Numbered from the stretch's first letter, positions 1 through 10,034 are shown. The stretch is DNA of 64,000 nt from Candidatus Dormibacteria bacterium (GCA_049964715.1 JBMFXB010000002.1:12386-76385); one strand, 5' to 3'. Notes: generated by a model from the letters alone, not told the origin. A program made the numbers and translations.

Positions 1-161
1 CCTACCCTGCTTGCGGATTTTGCAAGACCCTTTTCACGAAGCCAGTCTTTTGCCTTCTCCACATCACCATCGTTTTCGACAAGTGCCTTCTTGCAGTCCA
101 TCATGCCTGCACCAGTCATGTCTCGAAGGTTCTTCACGGACTGCGCTGTGACTTCAGCCAT
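1..161 (-). CDS. tsf: Elongation factor Ts, N-terminal fragment (gene continues beyond window start)
   Basis: Reverse-strand translation from ATG at 159-161 gives [46 protein letters not shown], the conserved EF-Ts N-terminal UBA-like motif. Lies directly downstream of rpsB as in the canonical rpsB-tsf operon. Confidence 0.8.
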   Translation of the reverse strand, partial: MAEVTAQSVKNLRDMTGAGMMDCKKALVENDGDVEKAKDWLREKGLAKSASRV

Positions 162-162
162 C

Positions 163-930
163 TTATGCTTCTCCACCTTGTGCTACTGCAACTGCCTGTT
201 CACTGCTAGGGGCTTCCTTGACAGATGCATCTGACTTCCGCTTCTTCTGGAGTTCAATTCCTTCCTCAATTGCTCCCTGAACTGCCTTGAGAATGAGGGT
301 GATTGCACGCATCGAATCATCATTTCCCGGAATGACGTATTCAACCTTGTCCGGATCACAGTTAGTGTCGACTATCGCATAGATGGGAATATTGAGGGTA
401 TTTGCCTCTTTCACTGCAAGTGTTTCGCGCTTGCAGTCAATGACAAAAAGCACTCCTGGACGGGCATCCATTGTGGCAAGACCACCAAAGTTTGCCTCAA
501 GTCGAGTGAGTTCATCCTGATACATGTTTGCTTCTTTGCGTGACATGCGTTCAAAGTCTCCCCGCTCCTTGAACTCACGGAGTTCCTGAAGCCGTCGAAC
601 TCGCTGACGCATGACTGGATAGTTCGTGAGCATGCCCCCAAGCCACCGATTGACGACATAATGCTGTCCAGTAGCCTCACAGACCTCACGAATGACATCC
701 TGTGCCTGCTTCTTTGTTCCCACAAAGAGAACCTTGTCTCCGCTTGCAACTGCATCACGTATTGCATCTAGCGCTTCGTCAAGCATCAACTTCGTTTTCG
801 CGAGGTCGATGACATGGACACCGTTCCTCGAGGTAAAAATGTACGGGCGCATCTTCGGGTTCCATCGGCTTGTTCGATGACCGAAATGTACGCCTGCTTC
901 CAGCATCTGCCGCATTGTGACTGTAGACAC
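163..930 (-). CDS. rpsB: 30S ribosomal protein S2
   Basis: 255 aa ORF with S2 signature blocks ([36 protein letters not shown]). Stop TAA at 163-165, immediately before the tsf start. Confidence 0.95.
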   Translation of the reverse strand: MSTVTMRQMLEAGVHFGHRTSRWNPKMRPYIFTSRNGVHVIDLAKTKLMLDEALDAIRDAVASGDKVLFVGTKKQAQDVIREVCEATGQHYVVNRWLGGMLTNYPVMRQRVRRLQELREFKERGDFERMSRKEANMYQDELTRLEANFGGLATMDARPGVLFVIDCKRETLAVKEANTLNIPIYAIVDTNCDPDKVEYVIPGNDDSMRAITLILKAVQGAIEEGIELQKKRKSDASVKEAPSSEQAVAVAQGGEA

Positions 931-1074
931 AGTTCACATCCTCCAATTGTGGGTTGACCTCCACAGTGGATCACGTGCCTTCAGTTGCGCTTGTCACGCC
1001 ACCCTCTGGAAGCATCCCCACTGTGTGTGAATTGCTTCAACAATACCAGATACAAGGGGGCAAACCGTTTCAAG

Positions 1075-3477
1075 CTATTCTTCGGATTCCTCACTGTCAG
1101 ATCGCCTTGCAGCTTTTGGGGGACGGTATTTGCACGTTGGATACCCAGAACAGGCAATGAATGGACCGAATCGACCCTGACGGGTCACAAGCGGTTTTCC
1201 ACACTCTGGACACATCTCGCCTGTTGGTTCTACTTGTGGCCCTGCTGTCGATGCTGCAGACACAGCTGCTTCTGAACCAGGCTCGAGTGGTGCAGTATGC
1301 CGACACGCAGGATATGCAGAGCAACCTATGAATGCACCCCGACGTCCTCGTCGAACTACGAGTGGTTTTCCACAATCTGGACATGGGCCAAGATCTGGTG
1401 GTGGTGGGGCCTCCCCTTCTGGGCTGCTTGGTGCAACATACCGGCATGTTGGATACCCTGAACAGCCAACGAATGGCCCCCGACGACCCACACGCGTTAC
1501 AAGAGGCTTTCCGCAGAGAGGACAGTTTTCACCTGTCGGTTCTGCTGTACTACCACGTTCATTCTTCACGTAGTCGCATTCGGGATACCGCGAACACCCA
1601 ATAAATTCCCCATATCGGCCTTCCCTAATGACAAGTTGTCCCTCATGACACTTTGGACACTCTTCCCCTGTTTCTTTTACCGGGATTTTCACGCGTTGCA
1701 CGGACTCGTTCATTGTCTCGACTGTCTTCTCGAAGGGACCATACCAGCCCGCAACAATGGGTTCGTAATCCGATGTCCCTTCTTCAATCTTGTCCAGCTG
1801 ACTTTCGAGTTCTGCTGTGAAGGCTACATCGACTACAGACGGAATATTTTCCCTAAGTACGAGATCCACCGTCTTGCCTAATGCAGTGAGATACAGCTTT
1901 CGTTCCTTCTGCACGACATACCGTCGTTGCTGGATGACATCGAGTGTTGGTGCATATGTTGAAGGCCTCCCAATTCCCTTCTCTTCCAGATCCTTGATGA
2001 GGGAAGCTTCCGTGTACCGGGGAGGTGGCTGGGAGAAGTGCTGCTCTGCATCTATACGAAGTCCTGGAAGTGACTCGCCTTCACTGAGAGCTGGAAGGAT
2101 CTTCTCTTCACGATCTGTCCCCTCATCACGTCGCCAGACGCGCTGAAAACCATCAAACTCAACGACTGATCCTGATGCACGGAACAAACACCCTGCACGT
2201 TCAAGAACAACACGGGTTGACCTGATTTTCGCCTCCGACATTTGACTTGCCACAAAACGCTTCCAGATGAGTTCATACAGCCTGAATTGCGACGGATCCA
2301 GCACATCCTTCACTGCATCCGGTGTACGGGCCACATCAGTTGGTCTGATCGCTTCATGTGCATCTTGAACATGAAGTGCTGACTTGCCGCGTTGCACTGG
2401 TTTGGTAGTACGAACATACCGGTCGCCATACACTGCGCTGATATAGCCTTGTGCCATGCCAATAGCTTCATCACTGAGACGTGTTGAGTCAGTACGCATA
2501 TACGTTATGAGACCTACTGGCCCCTGATCACCCAGCTCCACTCCTTCATAGAGCTGCTGCGCGAGAAGCATTGTTCTCTTTGGAGAAAAACGGAGTCGTG
2601 TGCTTGCATCTTGCTGAAGAACGCTTGTGGTATACGGAAGTGGAGCTGAACGGGACTGACTGGTTGTAGTTACCTTTGTAACAGTCCAGAGTCCGGGCCC
2701 ATCGAGTGGAAACCCATCTTTCGCATAGCCAAGTTGCGCAAGAAGAGCAACAGCTTCATCCTCGGAATGTACGAGAACACGTTCCTCACTCTCTTTCTCT
2801 TCCTGTTCATCAGACTTCGTCTTTTTCTTTGGAGCTGGTTGTCCAGCGATTTCACTGAGACGTGCAGTGAAGGTTTGTCCATCCTCATGTTCAAGTGCAA
2901 CTTCCAAAGACCACGACTCAACAGGAACAAATGCTTCAATCTCAGCTTCCCTGTCAGCAACGAGCCTGACGGCTACTGATTGAACCCTTCCAGCACTGAG
3001 GCCAGCTCGAACCTTTTTCCAAAGAAATGGGCTGAGCTTGTATCCAAGAAGACGATCAATAACACGACGTGCTTCCTGGGCTGCAACGAGGGACCGGTCG
3101 ATGCTCCTGGGATGTTCCATAGCCTCTTCAACTGCACTCCTCGTAATTTCATGGAATACAATCCGTACAGGATTCTTCAGCTTCAAAGCCTCAGCAAGAT
3201 GCCATGCAATGGCTTCTCCTTCACGGTCAGGGTCTGAGGCAAGATACGTCTCTTCTGCCTGCTTTGCTGCCTGCTTCAGCTCCTCTATGCTCTTCTCACG
3301 ACCCTTTATGACCTGATACTGTGGCGTGAACCCATGTTCAATATCTACTCCGATCTTCGATTTCGGGAGATCACGGACATGCCCCATCGATGCTTTCACG
3401 ATGAATGACGATCCGAGAAACTTCGAAAGCGTTCTCGCCTTGCTCGGCGACTCAACAATAATGAGCTTCTTCCCCAT
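1075..3477 (-). CDS. topA: DNA topoisomerase I with four C-terminal C4 zinc-ribbon repeats
   Basis: TOPRIM start KLIIVESPSKA and the type IA core are present. Four tandem C-x2-C ... C-x4-C ribbons occur (CPKCHEG..CSRYPEC, CPLCGKP..CSGYPTC, CPDCGKP..CSAYPAC, CPECGKP..CSGYPTC). Start placed at the internal ATG (MGKKLIIV, preceded by AGAGG); the ORF extends to 3513. Confidence 0.9.
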   Translation of the reverse strand: MGKKLIIVESPSKARTLSKFLGSSFIVKASMGHVRDLPKSKIGVDIEHGFTPQYQVIKGREKSIEELKQAAKQAEETYLASDPDREGEAIAWHLAEALKLKNPVRIVFHEITRSAVEEAMEHPRSIDRSLVAAQEARRVIDRLLGYKLSPFLWKKVRAGLSAGRVQSVAVRLVADREAEIEAFVPVESWSLEVALEHEDGQTFTARLSEIAGQPAPKKKTKSDEQEEKESEERVLVHSEDEAVALLAQLGYAKDGFPLDGPGLWTVTKVTTTSQSRSAPLPYTTSVLQQDASTRLRFSPKRTMLLAQQLYEGVELGDQGPVGLITYMRTDSTRLSDEAIGMAQGYISAVYGDRYVRTTKPVQRGKSALHVQDAHEAIRPTDVARTPDAVKDVLDPSQFRLYELIWKRFVASQMSEAKIRSTRVVLERAGCLFRASGSVVEFDGFQRVWRRDEGTDREEKILPALSEGESLPGLRIDAEQHFSQPPPRYTEASLIKDLEEKGIGRPSTYAPTLDVIQQRRYVVQKERKLYLTALGKTVDLVLRENIPSVVDVAFTAELESQLDKIEEGTSDYEPIVAGWYGPFEKTVETMNESVQRVKIPVKETGEECPKCHEGQLVIREGRYGEFIGCSRYPECDYVKNERGSTAEPTGENCPLCGKPLVTRVGRRGPFVGCSGYPTCRYVAPSSPEGEAPPPPDLGPCPDCGKPLVVRRGRRGAFIGCSAYPACRHTAPLEPGSEAAVSAASTAGPQVEPTGEMCPECGKPLVTRQGRFGPFIACSGYPTCKYRPPKAARRSDSEESEE

Positions 3478-3595
3478 ACAGGCCTCTATTCCACACAAGA
3501 CTGCATTTGACACATCGACTTACGATCTGACTATCGGGCATCTGTGTGACCAGTACCCGATGCGCTGAACGTGCGCTCCTGCACTATACCACGGT

Positions 3596-3829
3596 CTACA
3601 TCGTGAATCGCACAGGTGCAGGCAGCTTCGTGCACGTATGGGGAAGGCTAAATCGGCACCGACACGTCACATGTCCACGTCGACCACGTCCAATGAGTTG
3701 CATAGGTGAACCGTGAGAGAGTGGAACAGACTGCCTCGTGAATCGCCGAGCCTCAAGCTCAGTGATAAGTCCACATTCGAGTGCCTGCTGCACCCACGAA
3801 GGAAATTCGTGTATCTCTGTGTCCTGCAT
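3596..3829 (-). CDS. Hypothetical small protein (77 aa), uncertain
   Basis: Uninterrupted ORF between topA and the upstream gene on the same strand. No recognisable motif. Confidence 0.2.
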   Translation of the reverse strand: MQDTEIHEFPSWVQQALECGLITELEARRFTRQSVPLSHGSPMQLIGRGRRGHVTCRCRFSLPHTCTKLPAPVRFTM

Positions 3830-3834
3830 GGAAT

Positions 3835-4377
3835 TCAGGAAATTTCCTGACCTGGCGTATGTGCTCCCCTGACACGACGGAACTCATGGATCACAGCCCA
3901 CGTGGCAATGGCATCGGAACGTTGTTCTCCACCATGCATAACAACACTGCCACCACCCATGGCATGGGATTTGTCTGCAATCTTCCATTTTGCACGGTAA
4001 GCTGCTATTGCCTCAGCTGCAGCTCTCCATGCCACTGCTGCTTCAGGTGCTTCTGGCATTTCACCAATAATGTTCACAAGATATCGAGGCGGAACCATTG
4101 CAGAGCGCACTGAATCAGGAACAACGACACCTGCAGCAGCCCCTGGTGCTTGTCGCACAAGGCCTGCATCCTCAAGCTCAAAGAAAGCTCTATCGACTGC
4201 CTCCTTTGCAAGTCCTGAGTCAGTGAGTGGCCGTTCCTCACCTTGGTGGTCATACAGCCACCGCAGAAGGGTACGTGCATGTGGAGTGAGCGTTGCACCC
4301 ACTGCGTCGAGATTTGGCTCAACGGCCTCGGGAGTACGTGGTGCAGGTTGATGCTGCCTGTGCTGGCGACGGTTCAT
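3835..4377 (-). CDS. Hypothetical protein with winged-helix-like segment
   Basis: Start moved to the internal ATG (MNRRQHRQ), which is preceded by GAGGAGGG. The segment LTPHARTLLRWLYDHQGEERPLTDSGLAKEAVDRAFFELEDAGLV looks like a wHTH. No family recognised. Confidence 0.45.
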   Translation of the reverse strand: MNRRQHRQHQPAPRTPEAVEPNLDAVGATLTPHARTLLRWLYDHQGEERPLTDSGLAKEAVDRAFFELEDAGLVRQAPGAAAGVVVPDSVRSAMVPPRYLVNIIGEMPEAPEAAVAWRAAAEAIAAYRAKWKIADKSHAMGGGSVVMHGGEQRSDAIATWAVIHEFRRVRGAHTPGQEIS

Positions 4378-4605
4378 TCGTAATCCCTCCTCATCCCTGA
4401 TTGCCGTAATTGTATCGCATGCTTGTGTGGTCTGTGTGATGGACAGAAGGTAGTTGCCAATGTGTATCCTAATATCCGAGCCCAAAGTGAACTGTGCGAT
4501 CTTCAGCTACATGGATCCACGGTGTTGCAGATGGAACAATCGAGTGAGGAGTGCAGATTGATGATGCAATGCATGCGACGGCTGCAATCAGTACCGAAAC
4601 GGACA

Positions 4606-5124
4606 ATGATGAAAACGGTATCCGCCATCCTTGCAGGTGGTGCAACTTTACTCCTTACTGCATGCTCTCCTGGCTACTCGAATGTTCCAACAAATACAAT
4701 TCCACCGACAACACCAGCAGTGACTCCCAATGCCTGCAATCTTCTTTCAACTGACAATGTCACTGCAGCGCTTGGTACGAGTACATGGAAATCCGACTAT
4801 TCAACACCTGCATTTCAGGTGAGCCAGTCACAATCGTTCGGTGGAGCAGGAACTCCAATTGGTCAATGTAGATACAGTGTTTCCGACGGAAGGGCACTTG
4901 TCGTGACCGTTTACCCAGGAACACCACTTGCATCCCTCGGTTATGACATTGGTACTTCAGCAACATCCACATCTGCACCCGTTGTAAAGGAATCGACAAC
5001 ATCGGGAATCATTGCCTTCATGAGTGGTGAAAATGCAATAGAGATCGCCATTGACCGTGCTGACTTGAGCCCGTCATCTCGCAGTGCAGAGCTTGAGACA
5101 CTTGAGCAGCAGGTCAACAGTTAA
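4606..5124 (+). CDS. Lipoprotein (lipobox LLTAC)
   Basis: MMKTVSAILAGGATLLLTAC|SPGYS is a signal peptide plus lipobox cysteine. The mature part is Thr/Pro-rich. Start chosen at the in-frame ATG-ATG at 4606. Confidence 0.6.
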   Translation: MMKTVSAILAGGATLLLTACSPGYSNVPTNTIPPTTPAVTPNACNLLSTDNVTAALGTSTWKSDYSTPAFQVSQSQSFGGAGTPIGQCRYSVSDGRALVVTVYPGTPLASLGYDIGTSATSTSAPVVKESTTSGIIAFMSGENAIEIAIDRADLSPSSRSAELETLEQQVNS

Positions 5125-5176
5125 CATCGGTTTTACTGGTTAAACAATTCCTACTGAAGCCGGAATGCCTTGCGTG

Positions 5177-5761
5177 CTATCCAAAATTCCATGTAAGTGG
5201 TGGCGAAGTCATGTTTGCTGGCTGGTATGTGAGACTTACAATAACAGCGTTAGACGGCACGTAGAAGATGATGAGACCACGCTTCATGACATTCAAAGGC
5301 AAAATATTTCCCTTGTGCAGAGTGCTTGCTGTAACAAATGGACCAACGCCGTGATACGTGACAGATGGCTGGGTGGAAGCTGGAAGATACTGAATGCCAT
5401 CTGAGTCCATAAGTGATGCACCAAAGCCAGCATTGAGAGTGATGCTAGCATCTGCTCCCACAGTAAATGTGGACATACCTTTATAGGTAAATCCAAGTTC
5501 AAATGCAACAGCTCTCTCTCCCCTTGGGGCAACACTTCCTGAAACAGGATCTATCACATTGACAAGGTCAACGTTGACACGTGCAAAACTGCTGTCGCTC
5601 CCCTCTGGAATGTTGATACTGTGTTCGATGCCTGTTCCTGCATACTTCACGTACACAGGGGAAGCCTGAGGAGATTGGACTGTTCCACAGGCAGCAACAA
5701 CTGCAATGCCTATCAAAGCACACCCACTGCGCATTGACAAAAGCAACCCACGATTAAGCAT
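5177..5761 (-). CDS. Lipoprotein (lipobox VAAC)
   Basis: N-terminus MLNRGLLLSMRSGCALIGIAVVAAC|GTVQ is a signal peptide with lipobox. No other motif. Confidence 0.55.
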   Translation of the reverse strand: MLNRGLLLSMRSGCALIGIAVVAACGTVQSPQASPVYVKYAGTGIEHSINIPEGSDSSFARVNVDLVNVIDPVSGSVAPRGERAVAFELGFTYKGMSTFTVGADASITLNAGFGASLMDSDGIQYLPASTQPSVTYHGVGPFVTASTLHKGNILPLNVMKRGLIIFYVPSNAVIVSLTYQPANMTSPPLTWNFG

Positions 5762-7148
5762 GAGACTGCCCCCTACTCACTGTCCTACGCTTCATTATGA
5801 CCACTGTGATCCCAGCTGCAAGTACAACCACCACTACAATTGCTATTCCTAACCACAGTGGAAATCCTGAATTCCTAGTCGTTCCAAGATCAAGAGGGGA
5901 AAGCGTATTCCCTGTATGAAGAACAATGAAACCATTCTCAGGTGTGGTAATTCCTGCAAAGGCAACAGTACCCTGGCTTACTGGAGTTACAGCATTAATC
6001 TCACCATTCGTTTTCTTGCCATTAATGGTTATCTCAACCACAGTCCAGGATGTACCATTAAAATGCTGAATGAATGGAGTGGGTATGAGCGTCTTACCCT
6101 GCCTACCTATAGAAGTAATTCCACTCACCCACACATCGTTGCTACCAACAGCACCCACCGATGTCACTGAGAAGTTTCCTCCAGACACAGTCCTAAAGTT
6201 AGGCAGTGTAGAAAACGCTGTGCCATTCCAGTGATATATTCCCGTCTGCTGACCTAATGGTGTACTTATCTGTACTGCTATCCACAGGTTACTACCTGAA
6301 TTTCCCGATAGAAATGTTGGACTTGCAATTGCTCCGCCATTCTGTAACGGAATTGCATTGTTGGTAAAAGTGGATCCATTCCAAACCTGCATGACAGGTG
6401 ACTTGCGCACTGTGCTGCCAATCAGGAAAACAACGTTGTTGGGAGTAAAAGCCTCAACCGCCTGCAAATATGAGTTGGCCAATGGCTCCTGCAGACTTGT
6501 CCATGTAACTCCATTCCAGTGGAACATGAAGTTCGTAGGAGCTCCCTTTGTTCCACTAAAGCCAGTAGCCCAGACATCATTTGGAGCGTCCTCTGAAACA
6601 CTGTATAGCGACCCTGGTACTGTTTTGGCCACTGTAGGAAGGGTTGCAAGTTGCCATGCACTACCATTCCAGTGATCTGCAAATGCATACGAAGGCACTT
6701 CATCCGAAAACTTGTTGCCTGGCTGTGAGGAACCAACAATCCAGACATCATTTGATGCAAGTGCACTAACAGAATTTACAACAGTGCTTGTACCAGGAAA
6801 TGATGGAGATATATCATGCACACTGCCCCCAGATTCAATCTCTACAAACGGCAATATCTGGCCCCCCGCAGCATTTGGAGCATGACCTACTGCTGAACCA
6901 GCGACGACAATACCGCCACTGCCTGGAATGGATGAAATGCCTGAAATGCTTTCCGTGAATGTATATCCGGAAGGAACACTTGAAGGTCTAAGCAAGGTAT
7001 ATTCCGTCCATCCCGAGCTAGATGCAAGAACCATGCTACCCTGCAAAAACAAAGCTGCAGCGAGAACAAACCCTGCAACTAGGTCAAGGTTTCTCAATCG
7101 AGGGAAATTCATGAATCCTCCTACTCCATTGGACAAAGTACGTTGCAC
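5754..7148 (-). CDS. Surface-anchored beta-propeller-like protein with repeated WNG motifs
   Basis: N-terminal signal peptide (LVAGFVLAAALFLQG). At least five spaced repeats HWNGSAW, HWNGVTW, VWNGSTF, HWNGTAF, HFNGTSW occur, resembling BNR/Ycf48-type propeller blades. C-terminal TM anchor LWLGIAIVVVVVLAAGITVVIM followed by KRR. Overlaps the downstream lipoprotein gene by 8 nt. Confidence 0.55.
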   Translation of the reverse strand: MQRTLSNGVGGFMNFPRLRNLDLVAGFVLAAALFLQGSMVLASSSGWTEYTLLRPSSVPSGYTFTESISGISSIPGSGGIVVAGSAVGHAPNAAGGQILPFVEIESGGSVHDISPSFPGTSTVVNSVSALASNDVWIVGSSQPGNKFSDEVPSYAFADHWNGSAWQLATLPTVAKTVPGSLYSVSEDAPNDVWATGFSGTKGAPTNFMFHWNGVTWTSLQEPLANSYLQAVEAFTPNNVVFLIGSTVRKSPVMQVWNGSTFTNNAIPLQNGGAIASPTFLSGNSGSNLWIAVQISTPLGQQTGIYHWNGTAFSTLPNFRTVSGGNFSVTSVGAVGSNDVWVSGITSIGRQGKTLIPTPFIQHFNGTSWTVVEITINGKKTNGEINAVTPVSQGTVAFAGITTPENGFIVLHTGNTLSPLDLGTTRNSGFPLWLGIAIVVVVVLAAGITVVIMKRRTVSRGQSHA

Positions 7149-7235
7149 ATTTTCATGGTCATCATACTCTGGATTGTTTGTTCCTGCTGCTGTTTGGTAG
7201 TCACATCCTCAAGAAGAGTCAGACATATCTACAGG

Positions 7236-7267
7236 GAAGGAGGAAACCCCTTTGGGTTTCCTCCTTC
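7236..7267 (-). terminator. Perfect 14-bp stem hairpin immediately 3' of the Tyr/Trp-rich protein gene
   Basis: GAAGGAGGAAACCC-cttt-GGGTTTCCTCCTTC at 7236-7267, lying 29 nt after the stop at 7296. No clean U-tract on the - strand. Confidence 0.5.
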
Positions 7268-7295
7268 ATTTGAAACATTTATCTAGATCCATTAC

Positions 7296-9245
7296 CTAAC
7301 CATTACTGCCTTCGATCTGCTTCACCTGGAGTGTAATCGGGTTTACTGCATTGTAGGAGACTGCGACGGTTGTCCATGGCCAGTCATGCCATGCTCCATC
7401 TAGTTCCTGGTAAGTGACATTTTGGTAGGTATTTGTTGTGTAGTAATGAAGCTGCCAGTTCCATCCTACATATCCGTACCACCACGTATTCACATTCCAA
7501 TATCCATAGTAGTTTGTATATCCATGAGGTGTGGCAAAGATGTAGGCAGGATAGCCAGCATAACTTTCCCACCCAAGAGGGTACGCGTACCAGCAGTTGG
7601 TATTCCATGAATACCCCATATCATTGTCACCGTCAAGATCAAGGTTTGTCCATCCAGTGAAATTGCAATTGTAGATTGAACGACTGTTCCATCCAGTGGG
7701 ATATGCCTCATATGCCCAGTTGTATGAGTACCAGTAATCAGTGTATGAGCCAACTGCATAGCTTAGCCACTGAGTATAATCCGTCTTCCATGCAGGATCC
7801 TGAGACCAGCTGCTTGATGTCTGGAAAACAGGTTGGCTCAATGGATCATTGATTGTGTAGTACTGGAAGTAGGGTGGTGGAACATTGTAGTTGTACTGGC
7901 ACCCAGATGCCTGTGCACAGGTATCAACCACAGTGGTCGTTTGCACAGAGTTGTTTGGAGCAGAGTTAATCTGATAGTACTGATACGACTGCTGGTAAGG
8001 AACGTATTCCAGCACCCATTGCTGGTAGTACTGTGACGTATGGTAATAGGCTGTGTATGATGCAACATACTGCTGATCCACATAATTCGTTACTGGTGAG
8101 CTAGTTAGATATGGATACCATACCCCGCTCGGGAAAGTAGTTACTCCACCTCCATATGCCTGGTACAAAGAGGAGTAGCCAGTAGTGTAGGCATCATCAT
8201 TATCAATGCCAAGACATCCTGACCATGAGTTGTAGTCAGGCCAGACATACGTACCAGCCCATGTTTCCCAGTTCCAGCTCACGCCAACGTTGTTACAGCC
8301 ATTGAACTCATCATACGGGGAACCATAGAAACCGTCATAACCACAGCATCCTGCCCACGTACTCTGACCGGAACTCAGTGCAGGAAACCAACCAGCTGCA
8401 TAGACATTCTCTGCTGTGTATGGTTGCGAGTTGTTTGCAACATAGTACTGTGTAAACGACTGGGTCTGATCATTCGTTGCACCAGCAAGCCATGCCTGCG
8501 GATGTTGAGAAGTATAGTAGGCAGTGTACTGTGGGCAATTCACAAGGGTGCCAGCTAGAACAGATGCAGGATTGCCACAGTCATAGTGCACTGAATAAGT
8601 CTGTGCAACGTAGGTCGTATACGGTTGTCCTCCACTCCACTCCACCACCACTGCTGGCTGGTAGGTATTCGCAGTAGCATAGTCATGAATGGCATTCAGT
8701 GTGTAAACAGGCGGAGTACCGGAGTCAGTTCCAAAGGATGTGTACTCAATACACGGCTGCAGGCTGCCACTCGTTGGACTAGTAGTCGGATTGAATGGCA
8801 GATTTAGATTCTGATCAGTTGTATACTGGCAAACCTGATCAGGATTGTTGTTGCCGTAGTAGAATTCCACGATAACCTTCTGGGGAACCCATTTTATGAG
8901 AGCACTGGTGCCATTTGTTGGCGGATTGGCACCAGGATTTGTACAAGTCGTGAGCGCAATCTGGTTATTGCCATTGACTGGTGGCTCAGTGTATACACAT
9001 GCATCCACTGTAGCTGTAAAGTGCTCGGGATATCCAACGACACCTGGCGTTGGTGCAACCTGTAAGGTTGCACTGCTCGCAGGTGGACATGACTGCTGTT
9101 GACCAACCAGGTAGCAATTGAGAGTAGATACGGGGGGAGGAGAACTTGCGGCAACTGTTTGATAATTGGCAAGTGCAGTGAAAGCAAATGCTAGCAAAAC
9201 AGCAATCCACCTCATTACTAGGCGAGCAAAACTCGACTGAACCAT
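7296..9245 (-). CDS. Secreted, extremely Tyr/Trp/Asn/Thr/Gln-rich protein, about 650 aa, almost devoid of charged residues
   Basis: Signal peptide (MRWIAVLLAFAFTALA). The N-terminal third is Cys-containing (CYLVGQQQSCPP, DACVYTEPP, TTCTNPGANPP, DQVCQYTT, QPCIEY). The C-terminal 250 aa are dominated by aromatics (YGYWNVNTWWYGYVGWNWQLHYY, WYSYNWAYEAYPTGW). Immediately downstream of, and same strand as, three TadE-like genes. Confidence 0.6.
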   Translation of the reverse strand: MVQSSFARLVMRWIAVLLAFAFTALANYQTVAASSPPPVSTLNCYLVGQQQSCPPASSATLQVAPTPGVVGYPEHFTATVDACVYTEPPVNGNNQIALTTCTNPGANPPTNGTSALIKWVPQKVIVEFYYGNNNPDQVCQYTTDQNLNLPFNPTTSPTSGSLQPCIEYTSFGTDSGTPPVYTLNAIHDYATANTYQPAVVVEWSGGQPYTTYVAQTYSVHYDCGNPASVLAGTLVNCPQYTAYYTSQHPQAWLAGATNDQTQSFTQYYVANNSQPYTAENVYAAGWFPALSSGQSTWAGCCGYDGFYGSPYDEFNGCNNVGVSWNWETWAGTYVWPDYNSWSGCLGIDNDDAYTTGYSSLYQAYGGGVTTFPSGVWYPYLTSSPVTNYVDQQYVASYTAYYHTSQYYQQWVLEYVPYQQSYQYYQINSAPNNSVQTTTVVDTCAQASGCQYNYNVPPPYFQYYTINDPLSQPVFQTSSSWSQDPAWKTDYTQWLSYAVGSYTDYWYSYNWAYEAYPTGWNSRSIYNCNFTGWTNLDLDGDNDMGYSWNTNCWYAYPLGWESYAGYPAYIFATPHGYTNYYGYWNVNTWWYGYVGWNWQLHYYTTNTYQNVTYQELDGAWHDWPWTTVAVSYNAVNPITLQVKQIEGSNG

Positions 9246-9440
9246 GCAATTCCATTTAAACCATCGAGTCATCTGTACTCACCCCCACAACTAAAGGTGA
9301 ACGCCATTTCAATACCTTTCATTATCATTAACCACGTTCACAACACCATGGTGTATTTGTAACAGGATAATGACTGAAGGTTTCAATGCAGTACCTGATA
9401 CATATTCCAAACGCAGGGCAACCTTCCAACTGGAACCCAC

Positions 9441-10034
9441 TTAGCAATAGTCAATGGGGACTGCTGAGGTTGGACATACATGGCTCCTGAATGGTTCCAG
9501 TGCCTCTGCAGAAGTAGCCTGCACCGTTGCATGGTTCCATATGGGAATCCAGGGTAGTGTGACATTGGCTGTAACATCCACACCTACCACTCCGCCCCTC
9601 CAAATCCCAAAACACCCCCCATCACTTCCTGTTCCCCCATACCCATCGCTACAAACCGCTGGAATGTTGGTACATATGTTGCTACCTGCTGTAACTACGC
9701 ATTTTGACTGGGGTGAAATTGCTGAAACACAAGTTATAGTTGGTGATGGAAGAGTACTGAAAAGAGATGATTTCAAGGCTGCATCAAAGGCATTTATAGC
9801 CTGTGCATACCCGACATCGCCATTCGAACAAGAGTCATTCGCGTTGCGGGCAATTGTCAATGCTGACTCAGTCGTTGCCTGCTGCAGGAGGCTTTGCGCC
9901 TGGATATATGAATCAATTGCAATGGCACCCAAAAAAACTGTGAGCATCACTGGAAGAAGAACTGCAAATTCAACCATTGTTTGACCAACTGCATGCTTCC
10001 TTGGATGAATTCGAAAGTGATGGAGTCGTTTCAT
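9441..10034 (-). CDS. tadE: TadE-like pseudopilin (Flp pilus assembly)
   Basis: N-terminus ...HAVGQTMVEFAVLLPVMLTVFLGAI matches the TadE/TadG N-terminal motif (G/Q-x-x-VEFAL + hydrophobic helix). Confidence 0.75.
   Translation of the reverse strand: MKRLHHFRIHPRKHAVGQTMVEFAVLLPVMLTVFLGAIAIDSYIQAQSLLQQATTESALTIARNANDSCSNGDVGYAQAINAFDAALKSSLFSTLPSPTITCVSAISPQSKCVVTAGSNICTNIPAVCSDGYGGTGSDGGCFGIWRGGVVGVDVTANVTLPWIPIWNHATVQATSAEALEPFRSHVCPTSAVPIDYC

Noticed and set aside
3477-3513. Upstream ATG (3513) as the topA start.
   Set aside because: The internal ATG 12 codons downstream has a better SD (AGAGG) and begins exactly at the conserved KLIIVESP TOPRIM start. The longer form is not excluded, so the ORF range is noted in the feature.
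7422-9255. Many 60-100 aa ORFs on both strands inside the Tyr/Trp-rich protein gene.
   Set aside because: They are a by-product of the highly biased, low-complexity codon usage (TAC/TGG/AAC-rich) of the main 650-aa frame, which is the only long uninterrupted frame with a signal peptide.
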